Shown: one piece after another, positions 8,805 through 18,756 of the stretch
Layout: each line of letters starts with the position of its first letter
How positions within the stretch are numbered: position 1 is the stretch's first letter
Source of the DNA: an uncultured Actinomycetes bacterium
GTDB taxonomy: Bacteria; Actinomycetota; Thermoleophilia; RBG-16-64-13
Assembly (NCBI GenBank): GCA_903873715.1
Contig: CAIQPS010000094.1
Span: 40 to 64,039 of the forward strand
Length of the DNA: 64,000 nucleotides
Direction: 5' to 3'
Position numbers and translations under genes: made by a program
The notes under the pieces: model-generated
What the model saw: only the letters and a program-made list of their open reading frames with translations
The model's database searches: none
What the model was told of the DNA's origin: nothing

Positions 8805-9815
8805 GTGAAGACGATCGATCTAGAGAACCATTTCCTCACCCCCACCTGGCAGCAGGCGCTCGCCGCCAACACGAGCGGGTATCCGCGCGTCGGCGAACGC
8901 GGCCTGGGGTTCACCGAGGAAGCCTGGATGCCTCTCGGGGCTACCGGGGTCGATAAGAAGCTGCCCGACATGGGTGAGTACCGCCTCAGCTTGATGGACG
9001 AGGCGGGCGTCGATTTCGCCGTCTTGTCGCTCACGTCGCCAGGCGCGGAGCAGTTCGAGGTCGAGGTGGGCAAGAAGGTGGCGCGCGACGCCAACGACGT
9101 ACTCGCCGCCGTGACGAAGAAGTACCCCGACCGCATCGGGGGGTTCGCCTCGCTGGCGCCCAAGGACCCCGAGTGGTCTGCCGCCGAGCTAGAGCGTTGC
9201 GTCAAAGAACTGGGCTTCAAAGGGTGGAACACCCACTCCAACTTCGGCGATTCCTACCTGGACGATCCCAAGTACTGGCCGATCCTGGCCATGGCGGAGA
9301 AGCTCGACGTCCCCATCTACCTGCATCCGGCCGTCTCCATGATCAAGGAACTCAACGAGTTCGGGATCGTGCTCGGCGGACCGACGATGGGCTTCGGTGT
9401 GGACGTCACGTACTGCTTCATGCGGATGATCGTGCGCGGGGTCTTCGACGAATATCCCAACCTCAAGATCGTCATGGGCCATCTCGGCGAAGCCCTGCCG
9501 TTCCTTCTCGACCGCGTCGACCGTGCCTGGATGCAGTTGCACGAGAAACCGAATCCTGGGATGGGCCCGGGCTCCAAGGAGCGCGCGGGCTACTACCTCA
9601 GGAAGAACCTGTGGGTCACCACGAGCGGCAACTATCTGCCGGCGGCGCTGTACTGCACCCGTGACTCGCTGGGCATGGACAAGATCCTGCTCGGCACCGA
9701 CTTCCCGTACGAGAGCATGAAGGACTGCATGGACTACCTGCGCAGCCTGCCGCTCACCACCGAGGAAGCGTACGCACTGTACGAAGGCAACGCGAAGGCC
9801 CTGTTAAAGATTTGA
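8805..9815 (+). CDS. Amidohydrolase_2 family protein (LigW/ACMSD-like non-oxidative decarboxylase/hydratase)
   Basis: IDLENHF, IYLHP, GHLGEALP, TTSG, GTDFPYE. Confidence 0.88.
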   Translation: MKTIDLENHFLTPTWQQALAANTSGYPRVGERGLGFTEEAWMPLGATGVDKKLPDMGEYRLSLMDEAGVDFAVLSLTSPGAEQFEVEVGKKVARDANDVLAAVTKKYPDRIGGFASLAPKDPEWSAAELERCVKELGFKGWNTHSNFGDSYLDDPKYWPILAMAEKLDVPIYLHPAVSMIKELNEFGIVLGGPTMGFGVDVTYCFMRMIVRGVFDEYPNLKIVMGHLGEALPFLLDRVDRAWMQLHEKPNPGMGPGSKERAGYYLRKNLWVTTSGNYLPAALYCTRDSLGMDKILLGTDFPYESMKDCMDYLRSLPLTTEEAYALYEGNAKALLKI

Positions 9816-9882
9816 CGGCTGCAGATGTGACGGAGCGGCGGTCTGCCGCGACGCACGTCTGATCTCTCAGAAGCCTGCGGGG

Positions 9883-9915
9883 CGGCGCGGAGGGACCCGG
9901 AACCCTTCCGCGCCG
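9883..9915. terminator. Stem-loop between convergent genes
   Basis: CGGCGCGGA...TCCGCGCCG inverted repeat. Confidence 0.5.
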
Positions 9916-9970
9916 TACCCGGGGTCGATACTCCTCCCGTTGTGGCGCCGCCTCCCCCCGGCGGCGCCGC

Positions 9971-11323
9971 TCAACGTGAGCTCAAGAACTGATCCAGCGC
10001 CGCCAACCCGGCGGCGAGATCCTCTCTACCCAGCCCCAGCCGGAAGAGCGAATCGCCGTAGCCGTACACGGTGGAGGGCAGGAGCAGCGCTCCGGTCCCT
10101 TCGAGGACGGCCGCGCAGAAAGCTTCGGCGCCGCCCGCCCGCCCGGCCGCTCGGTCATCCGCCGCCTCGGGCTGCCCGCCCGGTCCGTCATCGAGCAGCC
10201 GCGGGAAGCACACGGTGCCGGCCTGCGGCGGCACCCACCTGAACGTGTCGCGGTGCCGCTCGAAGAACTCGCCTGCGATCCCGGCGTTCCGCGCGATCCG
10301 CGCCCGGTTGGCGGCCAGGATGGGCTCCGGCGAGCGCAGGGCCATGAGAGCCAGAACCTCGCTGGGTCCCGCCGAGCAGATGGTGGTGTAGTCCTTGAGG
10401 GCTTTCATCCTCTCGAGGAGAGCCGCATCCCGGGTGGCCACCCACCCTATCCGCAGCCCGGCCAGTCCGTACGCCTTCGACATCCCCGACAGGGAGAGCG
10501 CGCGCTCGTACAGGTCGACGGCTGCAGGCAGCCGCGACTCGGCGTCCGGCTCCAGCAGCCGGTACATCTCGTCGGAGAAGAGCCAGGCGCCGCTCCGGGC
10601 GACCGCTCCGACCATGCGCGCGAAGTCTGCCGCCGCCGGCAGGGCGCCGGTGGGATTGTGCGGGAAGTTCCAGACGACCAGCTTGGTGGTGGGCCGCAGC
10701 AGCGCTTCCAGGTGCGCGGGGTCGAACCGCCAGCCGGGGGCCCCCGCCGCACCGCCGCCGCGTTGAGCGCCGCCCTGAACGGCGCTCGGCGCCTCGCCGG
10801 GTCCAGGCGCGCCGCCTGCCGCGTCCACCGCGCCGGCGCCCACGGTCTCGACCGGCTCCCAGAGGTCCACCTCGCACCCGATGCTCCGCGCCAGTTCGTA
10901 GAGCGACTGGTACCCCGGGAAGGTGCAGACCACGTGGTCGCCCGGGGAGAGCAGGGCGTGCATCGCCAGGAATATCAGTTCCTCGGGGGCGGCGGTCAGG
11001 ACCTGGTCCGCGGTCGGCGGGCCGGCCGTGCCGGCGGCCGCGCCGCCGCTTGGCCCCGCGTTCCCGCCGGGCGCTGCGGCGCCTGCCCCGGCTCCGCCAG
11101 GCCCTCCATACGTCGCCGCGATCGCCTCCCGCAACTCGGGCAGGCCCTGCGACTCGGTGTAGCCCAGGGTGAGCGTCTCCCAGCGGCGGCGCAGGTCGGG
11201 GTCGGCGCCGGCGACCAGTCCGGCCATCCCAGGGCCCTGGCAGTCGGAGGCCGACAGCAGATAGCGGGCCGAGAACTCGTGCCGGGCGAAGAAGCGCTCG
11301 AGCGCAAAGGGCGCTGGATACAT
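9971..11323 (-). CDS. PLP-dependent aminotransferase class I/II fold (capreomycidine synthase-like subgroup)
   Basis: MYPAPFALERFF, LGYTESQG, NFPHNPTG, SDEMYR, SKAYGLAGLRIGW. Confidence 0.88.
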   Translation of the reverse strand: MYPAPFALERFFARHEFSARYLLSASDCQGPGMAGLVAGADPDLRRRWETLTLGYTESQGLPELREAIAATYGGPGGAGAGAAAPGGNAGPSGGAAAGTAGPPTADQVLTAAPEELIFLAMHALLSPGDHVVCTFPGYQSLYELARSIGCEVDLWEPVETVGAGAVDAAGGAPGPGEAPSAVQGGAQRGGGAAGAPGWRFDPAHLEALLRPTTKLVVWNFPHNPTGALPAAADFARMVGAVARSGAWLFSDEMYRLLEPDAESRLPAAVDLYERALSLSGMSKAYGLAGLRIGWVATRDAALLERMKALKDYTTICSAGPSEVLALMALRSPEPILAANRARIARNAGIAGEFFERHRDTFRWVPPQAGTVCFPRLLDDGPGGQPEAADDRAAGRAGGAEAFCAAVLEGTGALLLPSTVYGYGDSLFRLGLGREDLAAGLAALDQFLSSR

Positions 11324-11395
11324 ATGGGCCTCCGGGGCGGGTAGGGGCGCGCCGACGGTCGGCAGCCACCGGTCAAAGATTGTACTCTCGTCGGT

Positions 11396-12640
11396 ATGTC
11401 TGCCAGAGAGTCCAAGGGGCCCGCCGCCGAGCGGGCCGGCCGCCCGCGGCGCCCCCATCCGGGCGGCGGGTCGCGCTCTGCGGCCGTCATCTATCCCAGC
11501 CAGGTGTTCGTCGGGGCGATGCTCATCACGCTGGGCCCCCTGCTGGACCCCATCCTGCGAGACCTGCGTCTGCCTCTCACCGATGGCGGGTTGCTGTCCT
11601 TCGGGTTCTTCCTCGGCAGGTTGTTCGGGGTACTGCTCGTGAACTTCGGGCTCGCCCGGGTGCCGGTGAAGACCATCATGGTCGCGTGCGCATCGCTCCT
11701 CGCCCTCGGCTCCGTGGGCGCAGCCCTGCTGGGCGTGGGTCTCTGGCCGCTCATGGTGGCTCTCTTCCTCACCGGGATGGCAGGGGTCATCCCCAACACC
11801 CTGTCCGGGGTCTGGGTGGCCGCGCACGTGCGCAAGGGCCTGGAGAAGGCGATGTTGGGCATCGGCGCCTACTTCGCGGTGGGGGTGGTGGTCGCCCCTC
11901 TGGTCGTCGGGGCCGCGCTCGACCTGGGCGCCACCTGGCGCTGGGTGTTCATCGGGCAGGCGGCCATCTCGGCGGCCATGGCGGTGGTCCTCTGGCTGCT
12001 CCCGATAGCCGACGTCCCGGAGCGCGAGAACCTTCGGGCCCGGCAACTCAAGGCCGTGGCGTCGTCGCACCCGACGCTGCTGGCCGTCATCATCGCGGCC
12101 ACCTTCTTCTACGTCTTCATAGAGGGCACGCTCTACGTCTGGCTGGCGAAGCTTCACGTGGACGTCTACTCGGCCGGTCACGAGACGGCCGCGCTCAGCG
12201 TGACCCTCCTGTGGGCCGGCATAACCGTGGGCCGCTACCTGGCAGGGCCGCTCACCCGGCTGGCCTCACCGGCCAGGCTGCTCACGATATTCGCGTCGAT
12301 ACTCGCGGTGTTCGTCGTCGGCATCGCCGTGGCGCCGAACCTGGCGGTGTCCGAGGCGTTCGCGTTCCTGGCCGGGTTCGGGGCGTCGGCCTGCTGGCCG
12401 CTGATCTCCTGCTACACGCCGCGCTTCCCGGGTTGGCAGGCGGGGGTCGTGTTCTCGGGGATGATGCTGGCCGGCACCGCCGCCAACACGCTCTCGGGGT
12501 ACGTGTTCGCCCCTACCGTCGCCGCTCTGGGCTATCGCGAGGCCATGGGGATCTGGGTGATCCCCGTCCTGCTGCTCATCGCACTGGCGTTCCCGCTGGA
12601 AAAGGCGGCCAGGCGGATCGAGCGGGAGCAGGTGGTGTGA
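11396..12640 (+). CDS. MFS transporter (TsgA/FucP-like)
   Basis: About 12 hydrophobic helices; paralogue of 17408-18646. Confidence 0.85.
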   Translation: MSARESKGPAAERAGRPRRPHPGGGSRSAAVIYPSQVFVGAMLITLGPLLDPILRDLRLPLTDGGLLSFGFFLGRLFGVLLVNFGLARVPVKTIMVACASLLALGSVGAALLGVGLWPLMVALFLTGMAGVIPNTLSGVWVAAHVRKGLEKAMLGIGAYFAVGVVVAPLVVGAALDLGATWRWVFIGQAAISAAMAVVLWLLPIADVPERENLRARQLKAVASSHPTLLAVIIAATFFYVFIEGTLYVWLAKLHVDVYSAGHETAALSVTLLWAGITVGRYLAGPLTRLASPARLLTIFASILAVFVVGIAVAPNLAVSEAFAFLAGFGASACWPLISCYTPRFPGWQAGVVFSGMMLAGTAANTLSGYVFAPTVAALGYREAMGIWVIPVLLLIALAFPLEKAARRIEREQVV

Positions 12641-12725
12641 CCGGAGCGTGACTCACGGTTGCGGCCCCCTCCGCCGAGGACTATTGTTGAAGGCGTCCGC
12701 AGAGCGATACACACGGGGGTGGGCC

Positions 12726-15700
12726 ATGATGACCGGTCTGGACCACGGCATGCGACTGCACGGGCGGGGCGCGATCGTAGCCGCCGCTGCTGCGCTGCTG
12801 GTCCTGCTGCTCTTGACCGGCACGGTGGCCGTCGCCGCGCCTGGCGGCTCGCAGGGCTCCTCCGCTCCCCTGGCCCCCGCATTCGAGGCCGCGCAGAGCG
12901 CACCCAACTCGGCCACCACTCCTGACGGACGTCCACTGGGTTTCGTGCAGGGTCCGCAACAGCTCCCGCACTCGGCGAGCCCCTCGCCGGCGCTGGGGTC
13001 TCTCGGTGTCTTCGCTTCGTCGTTCGACCTGCGGACCTCGGGGGAGGTCACCAGCGTCAAGGACCAGGGCAATACCGGCACATGCTGGGCCTTCGCCACC
13101 TTCGGTTCGCTCGAATCCTACCTGCTGCCGGGGCAGAACCTGGACTTCTCCGAGGACCACATGGCCCTCACCCACGGCTTCGACTATACGGGCGACATCT
13201 ACATGCGCGGCGGGAACTACTTCATGTCCACCGCATATCTGGCCCGCTGGAGCGGCCCCATCTACGAGTCTGACGACGACGGCTTCGGCAACGGCACCAC
13301 GCCGGTCTCACCGACCGTCCGCAAGCACGTCCAGAACGTCGACTGGCTGCCGCTCCGCACCTCGGCCACCGACAACGACGCCATCAAGAGCGCCCTCACG
13401 CAGTCGGGAGCTGTGGCCGTGGCCATGAGGTTCGAGGGGAGCAGTTCGGGCTCCCAGTACTACAGCGCGGCCAACCATGCGTACTACTTCAACATCCCCT
13501 ATGACGACTCTGAGTCCACCGACGCGAACCACGGGGTGCTGATCGTGGGGTGGGACGACAGCTATCCTGCGTCGAACTTCGCCATCAACCCCGGCGCGAA
13601 CGGCGCGTTCATAGTCAAGAACAGCTGGGGGAGCGGCTGGGGCGACTCCGGCTACTTCTATATTTCGTACTACGACACGATCCTCGGCAGGGTGCTGACG
13701 TCCGCGGTGTTCAACAGCGCCGTTTCCACGACCAACTACTCGAAGATCTACCAGTACGATCCGCTCGGCTGGGTGGACAGCTGGGGGTCCGGCACGAGCG
13801 GGACCCCGTGGTGGGGCGCCAACGTGTTCACTGCCACTTCCTCGGCGCCCTTGGCGGCCGTGGGCCTCTACACGCTTGTCCCCAACTCCACCTACGAAGT
13901 CTGGGCCGGGGCGAGCCTGGCGACGATCACCCAGCGCACGACCGGATCGTTCACGTCCAGTGGGTTCCACACCGTCTCTCTGCCCACGCCGATGGCCTTG
14001 ACCAACGGGCAGCCGTTCGCGGTGGCGATCAAGATCACCTCCCCGGGTTACGGATGGCCCCTCGCGACAGAGTCTCCGCTGGCCGGCTACTCGTCGACCG
14101 CCACGGCGTCCGCCGGGCAGAGCTACCAAGGTCCCAACGGGACTACCTGGTATGACATGACCACCGGATCGTCCAACACCAACGTCTGCCTAAAGGCCTA
14201 TGCCGCCCCGGTGAGCGCCACCACGGTCACGGCCGTCAGCCCCACCTACGGGTCGACCTCCGGCGGCACCGCGGTGACCATCACCGGCACCAACCTGACC
14301 GGCGCATCGGCGGTCAAGTTCGGCGGCGTAGCCGCGACGAACGTGACGGTCGTCAACTCCACCAGGATCACATGCACGTCTCCGGCCCACGCGGGCGGGC
14401 AGGTGGATGTCACGGTGACCACACCGCTCGGCACCTCGTCCGCCACGGGCACGGGCAACGACTACACCTACGTCGCGTACTACGAACAGACGAGCAGCAT
14501 GCTCGCCTACGGCGGGTCCTGGGTGGTCGACACCGCCTCCGGCTACAGCGGTGGCAGTCAGAAGCGCACGTACGGCGGCTGGGTGAGCGGGAAGTTCTAC
14601 GGCACCGGCATCAAGTTCATCGGCGCGAAGGCGGCCGGATACGGGAAGGTCAATATCTACATCGACGGGGTGCTCGACGGCACGTACGACCTGTACAGCG
14701 CGACCGCGGTCAACAAGTACGTCATCCGGACGAAGACCGGTCTCACCAAGGCCACCCACACCTTCCGGCTCGAGTCGACCGGGCAGAAGAACGCCTCCTC
14801 GGCAGGGACGACCGTCAGCATCGACGCCGTGCAGGTGTGGGGCACACTGTCCTCCACCACGGCCGTCCAGCGCTCCCAGGAGACGAACTCGTATCTCGCA
14901 TACATCGGCGGCAGCTCGTGGAGCTCGCAGTCATCCAGCAACTACTCCGGCAGCGCCATGAAGACCCTGGTGTCCACCGGTTCGGTCACCGCCAAGTTCA
15001 GCGGGACGGCGGTGGCCCTCATCGGCACGAAGGGCCCAGCTTTCGGCAAGGTCAAGGTGACGCTCGACAATGCGCTGATCGGCTACTACGACGAGTACCG
15101 CAGCGCCCCGGCCTACCAGCAGATGATCTTCATGAAGACCGGTCTCTCGAATGCTTCCCACACGCTCAAGCTCGAGTTCGCCAACCAGATGAACGCGAAC
15201 GCCACAAGCCCCAAGATCAATATCGACGCCCTCGACGTGGAGGGCACTCTGACCTCAGCGGCTGTCGTGAGCGTGTTCTTCACCGACGGCTTCGAGAGCG
15301 GCCTCGGCAAGTGGACGGTGCCCACCGCCTCCCCGAGTTGGGCGGTCACCACATACCGGCATTCGGGCACCTCCGGTACCCATAGCGCCTACTGCATCGG
15401 GAGCAGTATCGCCGCTCCGGGCCCCTATCCGGACGACGTCTACTCCAAGATGTACACGCCGACCGCGATCGACCTCACCTCCACCACCGTGGCCTTCCTG
15501 GACTTCGACATGTGGCTCGATTCGGAGTACGGGTATGACACCCTCGCCTACCTCGTCTCCACGGACGGCATCAACTTCTACGGCGATGGGTGGTGGGGAT
15601 ACAGCAGCGGCTGGGTGCATCAGAGCATCGACCTGAAGGCCGTGGCCGACGGCGCCGGAGGGACGCGGAACGTGACGGGCCGGCCGATCTGGGTGATGTT

Positions 15701-15872
15701 CATGTTCGAGAGCGACTACCTCAACCTCGAATCGTACGAGGGCGCCTACGTCGACAACGTGCGGGTCGCCAAGACCGCGACCACCCTGGCCACCGCGCCG
15801 GCACTGCAGGGCGGCGCAGCGGGCATTCATAGGACCGGCCCGGTGACCGTCACGCTGAGCGGCGGGCAATGA
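12726..15872 (+). CDS. Secreted papain-like C1A cysteine peptidase with lectin-like, IPT/TIG, two beta-sandwich repeats and a C-terminal MAM-like domain
   Basis: Signal peptide; QGNTGTCWAF (Cys), NHGVLIVGWDD (His), KNSWG (Asn); IYQYDPLGW lectin-like start; VSPTYGSTSGGTAVTITG IPT; FTDGFESG..AYVDNV. Start could be 12750. Confidence 0.88.
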   Translation: MMTGLDHGMRLHGRGAIVAAAAALLVLLLLTGTVAVAAPGGSQGSSAPLAPAFEAAQSAPNSATTPDGRPLGFVQGPQQLPHSASPSPALGSLGVFASSFDLRTSGEVTSVKDQGNTGTCWAFATFGSLESYLLPGQNLDFSEDHMALTHGFDYTGDIYMRGGNYFMSTAYLARWSGPIYESDDDGFGNGTTPVSPTVRKHVQNVDWLPLRTSATDNDAIKSALTQSGAVAVAMRFEGSSSGSQYYSAANHAYYFNIPYDDSESTDANHGVLIVGWDDSYPASNFAINPGANGAFIVKNSWGSGWGDSGYFYISYYDTILGRVLTSAVFNSAVSTTNYSKIYQYDPLGWVDSWGSGTSGTPWWGANVFTATSSAPLAAVGLYTLVPNSTYEVWAGASLATITQRTTGSFTSSGFHTVSLPTPMALTNGQPFAVAIKITSPGYGWPLATESPLAGYSSTATASAGQSYQGPNGTTWYDMTTGSSNTNVCLKAYAAPVSATTVTAVSPTYGSTSGGTAVTITGTNLTGASAVKFGGVAATNVTVVNSTRITCTSPAHAGGQVDVTVTTPLGTSSATGTGNDYTYVAYYEQTSSMLAYGGSWVVDTASGYSGGSQKRTYGGWVSGKFYGTGIKFIGAKAAGYGKVNIYIDGVLDGTYDLYSATAVNKYVIRTKTGLTKATHTFRLESTGQKNASSAGTTVSIDAVQVWGTLSSTTAVQRSQETNSYLAYIGGSSWSSQSSSNYSGSAMKTLVSTGSVTAKFSGTAVALIGTKGPAFGKVKVTLDNALIGYYDEYRSAPAYQQMIFMKTGLSNASHTLKLEFANQMNANATSPKINIDALDVEGTLTSAAVVSVFFTDGFESGLGKWTVPTASPSWAVTTYRHSGTSGTHSAYCIGSSIAAPGPYPDDVYSKMYTPTAIDLTSTTVAFLDFDMWLDSEYGYDTLAYLVSTDGINFYGDGWWGYSSGWVHQSIDLKAVADGAGGTRNVTGRPIWVMFMFESDYLNLESYEGAYVDNVRVAKTATTLATAPALQGGAAGIHRTGPVTVTLSGGQ

Positions 15873-15920
15873 CGGAGCGACGCCCGGACCGTCCGGGCAG
15901 CAGGTGAGAGTGATGTGAAA

Positions 15921-15942
15921 AGGGGCGGCTTCGGCCGCCCCT
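15921..15942. terminator. Probable bidirectional intrinsic terminator
   Basis: AGGGGCGGC-TTCG-GCCGCCCCT with UUCG loop, preceded by an A-run, between convergent genes. Confidence 0.8.
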
Positions 15943-15991
15943 CTCATTCTGCCGGCCGCGCCCGTCCCGCGCCGGCCGCACGCCGGGTGGG

Positions 15992-17383
15992 TCAGTGGCC
16001 CTCCGGCTCGCCGGTGCCGGCGCGCGGCCCCACCAGCGCCCCCGCCATCCCGACGATGCAGAGCACCGTGAAGATGGCGAACGTGATGCGGATCGCGGTC
16101 AGCAGGCTGTGCAGGTCCTGCGTGGTTATCTCGTGCGGTCCCACGACGACCGCCAGCACGAGGGTCGCCAGACCGATGCTGATGCTCTGTCCGGTGAGCC
16201 GCGTCGTCCCGATGGCCGCCGAGGCCAGGCCCGTGTCCCGCCGGGGCACGCTGGCCAGGATGGAGTGGACGATGGGCGTCGCGAAGAACCCGAAGCCGAG
16301 GCCGAGCACCGCGAGGGTGGTGATGATGTACCAGTACGGCGAATGCGGCCCCAGGAAGACGAAGGCCGCCAGCCCCAGCACGCAGACCCCCATGCCCGCT
16401 GTGGCCACGTAGCGGGCCGGGAGCCGGTCGGTGAGGCGGCCGGAGAACGGCGAGACGACGGTCTGAGCCACCGCCGCCGTGATGAGCACGAAGGCCGCAT
16501 GCTCGGGGCTGAGGCCCATGTTGAAGCGCAGGTAGAGGCTCATCAGGAAGGTCATGGCGTAGGTGGCCGCGTAGTTGATGAACGAGGCCATGCTCGAGAA
16601 GGCGAACACCCGGTTGTACCGGAACAGATCGACACCGAGGACGGGTTCGGCGGTCTTGGTCTCCATCCACAGGAACCCCGCCAGCCCCACCACGCCGGCC
16701 ACGATCATCGCCCATCCGGTCACCGTGGGCAGCAGCGAGAACCCGACCAGCATCACCGAGAGCGACACCGCCCAGGCGACCGACCCGCGGACGTCGAACG
16801 ACGCCTTCCTCGGCTCCTTCCAGTCGGTGCCGGTGAGGCGCCACGCGGTGAGGACGATGTCGATGACCCCGATGATCCCCACCAGGACGAAGATGTAGCG
16901 CCACCCGAAGGCGCTCGTGATGAGCCCGCCGAGCACCGGTCCCAGCGTGAGCCCCAGGTAGACGCCGGCCACCTGCATGCCCAGCGCCTTGCCCCGTTCC
17001 TCGGCGGGGTAGGCGAGGCTCACCATCGCGGTGGTGCACGAGAACAGGGCAGCGGTGGCGAAGCCCTGGAGCAGCCGCAGGGCTATCAGCACCGGGGCCG
17101 AGGGAGCCAGCGCCGCGGCGAGCACGAACAGGGAGAACGTCGAGATGCCGATGAGGAACACCCGCTTGCGCCCGCTGAAGTCGGCGATGCGCCCCACGGG
17201 CATGAGCAGTGCCGCCGCCCCCAGGATGTAGGCGAGCTGCACCCACCCGAGCGTGACGGCGTTGAAGCCCAGTTGGTCCTGGATCTCGGGTAGTGCGACG
17301 TTCAGCGCCGATGCCATGAAGGTGCTCAGGAACCCGGCCGTGGTCACGACCAGGAGCACCAGTCTCTGCTTTGACCGTTCCAT
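15992..17383 (-). CDS. MFS drug:H+ antiporter-2 (14-TM, EmrB/QacA-like)
   Basis: FMASALNVALP, GRIADFSGRKR, ERGKALG, GPVLGGLI. Confidence 0.9.
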   Translation of the reverse strand: MERSKQRLVLLVVTTAGFLSTFMASALNVALPEIQDQLGFNAVTLGWVQLAYILGAAALLMPVGRIADFSGRKRVFLIGISTFSLFVLAAALAPSAPVLIALRLLQGFATAALFSCTTAMVSLAYPAEERGKALGMQVAGVYLGLTLGPVLGGLITSAFGWRYIFVLVGIIGVIDIVLTAWRLTGTDWKEPRKASFDVRGSVAWAVSLSVMLVGFSLLPTVTGWAMIVAGVVGLAGFLWMETKTAEPVLGVDLFRYNRVFAFSSMASFINYAATYAMTFLMSLYLRFNMGLSPEHAAFVLITAAVAQTVVSPFSGRLTDRLPARYVATAGMGVCVLGLAAFVFLGPHSPYWYIITTLAVLGLGFGFFATPIVHSILASVPRRDTGLASAAIGTTRLTGQSISIGLATLVLAVVVGPHEITTQDLHSLLTAIRITFAIFTVLCIVGMAGALVGPRAGTGEPEGH

Positions 17384-17407
17384 GAGGCTCCAGCGTATAC
17401 TAAACCG

Positions 17408-18646
17408 GTGCACCACGATACCTCCAAGACAAGTCTGGCCTCGTACCTGCCTCTGTACGCCACCCTGTTCATGGTGGGCGTCGTGGTCATCACCCTGGGG
17501 CCGGTCCTCGACCCGCTCACCAAGCAACTCGGCATCCCGCTGCAGCAGGCCGGGCTCATCTCGGTGGCGTTCGCCGTCGGGATGCTCGTCGGGGTGACGG
17601 CTCTCAACCTTCTCCTGGCCCGCGTGCCGGTCAAGTGGGCGCTCATCGGGGCCACGTGGCTGCAGGCGGTCGCTCTGGCCGTATCCGCGACCCTCACCCG
17701 GGGGCTCGCCTCCATGTTCGTCTCGTACTTCTTCGTAGGGCTCGGGTGCGTGATCCTCAACAGTCTGCCCAGCATGTGGGTGGGCTCGCACGTGAAGGTG
17801 GACACGCACCGGACGATGGTCATCGTGCTGCTGTTCTTCGCCATCGGGATGACCGTGGCGCCCATCTTCATCGGCATCGCCCTCGGGCTGGGCGCCACCT
17901 GGCGCTGGGTCTACGGGGCGGAGGCGGTCCTCTCGGCGGTGCTGGCCCTCTTCCTCACCTGGCGGCCGGTCAGCGACATCCCTGGGCGGAAGAACCTCAC
18001 CTGGGGCAGGTTGCGTGAGGTGGTCGGCTTCAGCCCCGCGCTCTTCTGGGCGGTGGTGGCGGCGTCCATCTTCTACATCGGGTCGGAGTTCATCTTCAAC
18101 GTGTGGCTGCCCAAGTTCGCCATCGACACGTTCGACGTCAGCAAGACCACGGCCAGCATCGCGGTGGCGCTGTTCTGGCTGGGGCTCATCTTCGGGCGGC
18201 TGATAGTGGCCCGGCTCACCAAGCGCTTCGCCGCTTCCCGCATCCTGATGGGAGGGATGGCCGTGATGGCCGTCTTCGCGGGTGGGGTGGCCCTTTCGAC
18301 ATCCATCGCCTTGGTCATGGTCCTGGCGTTCATCGCCGGACTGGGCGCCGCGGCGGGCTTCCCGCTCATCATGGGCTTTGCCGGCAAGTTCCCGGCGTGG
18401 CATGCGGGAGTGGTGGTGTCGGCAGTGGTGTTCGCAGGCGCCGTAGGACGGATCGTCTTCCCCTACCTGGTCGGGCCCATCGCCCATTCGGCGGGGTTCC
18501 GCATAGCCATGGGTCTCGCGTTCATCCTCGCCGCCGCCGGGGCGGTGCTCGCGTTCTTCCTGCACGGGATATCTGGAGAAGGGGCAGCCGGAGAGGCGGT
18601 GGCGGAACATGCCGCTGCTATGCCGGCCGCCTCAGAAGAGGGCTGA
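17408..18646 (+). CDS. MFS transporter, paralogue of 11396-12640
   Basis: About 12 TM; shared ITLGP.LDP, LARVPVK, LGATWRWV, FP.W.AGVV. Confidence 0.85.
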   Translation: MHHDTSKTSLASYLPLYATLFMVGVVVITLGPVLDPLTKQLGIPLQQAGLISVAFAVGMLVGVTALNLLLARVPVKWALIGATWLQAVALAVSATLTRGLASMFVSYFFVGLGCVILNSLPSMWVGSHVKVDTHRTMVIVLLFFAIGMTVAPIFIGIALGLGATWRWVYGAEAVLSAVLALFLTWRPVSDIPGRKNLTWGRLREVVGFSPALFWAVVAASIFYIGSEFIFNVWLPKFAIDTFDVSKTTASIAVALFWLGLIFGRLIVARLTKRFAASRILMGGMAVMAVFAGGVALSTSIALVMVLAFIAGLGAAAGFPLIMGFAGKFPAWHAGVVVSAVVFAGAVGRIVFPYLVGPIAHSAGFRIAMGLAFILAAAGAVLAFFLHGISGEGAAGEAVAEHAAAMPAASEEG

Positions 18647-18756
18647 GGCGGCCGGGTGAATCGGAGCCTCGTTCGGCGCGGCCGCACGGCGGCCGGCCGA
18701 GTTTAGTCCTGTATACTCCACTATTCCGTTTTCGGAAGAACAGCGAGGGATGAGTG

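Noticed and set aside
9971-11323. Capreomycidine synthase / antibiotic biosynthesis cluster
   Set aside because: Subfamily resemblance only; no NRPS or arginine hydroxylase nearby
15992-18610. Apparent 872-aa MFS fusion (likewise 9971-12181, 60035-61033, 62996-63562)
   Set aside because: N-terminal extensions are shadows of neighbouring genes; true starts are at about 17383, 11323 and 63238, and the TetR remnant has none
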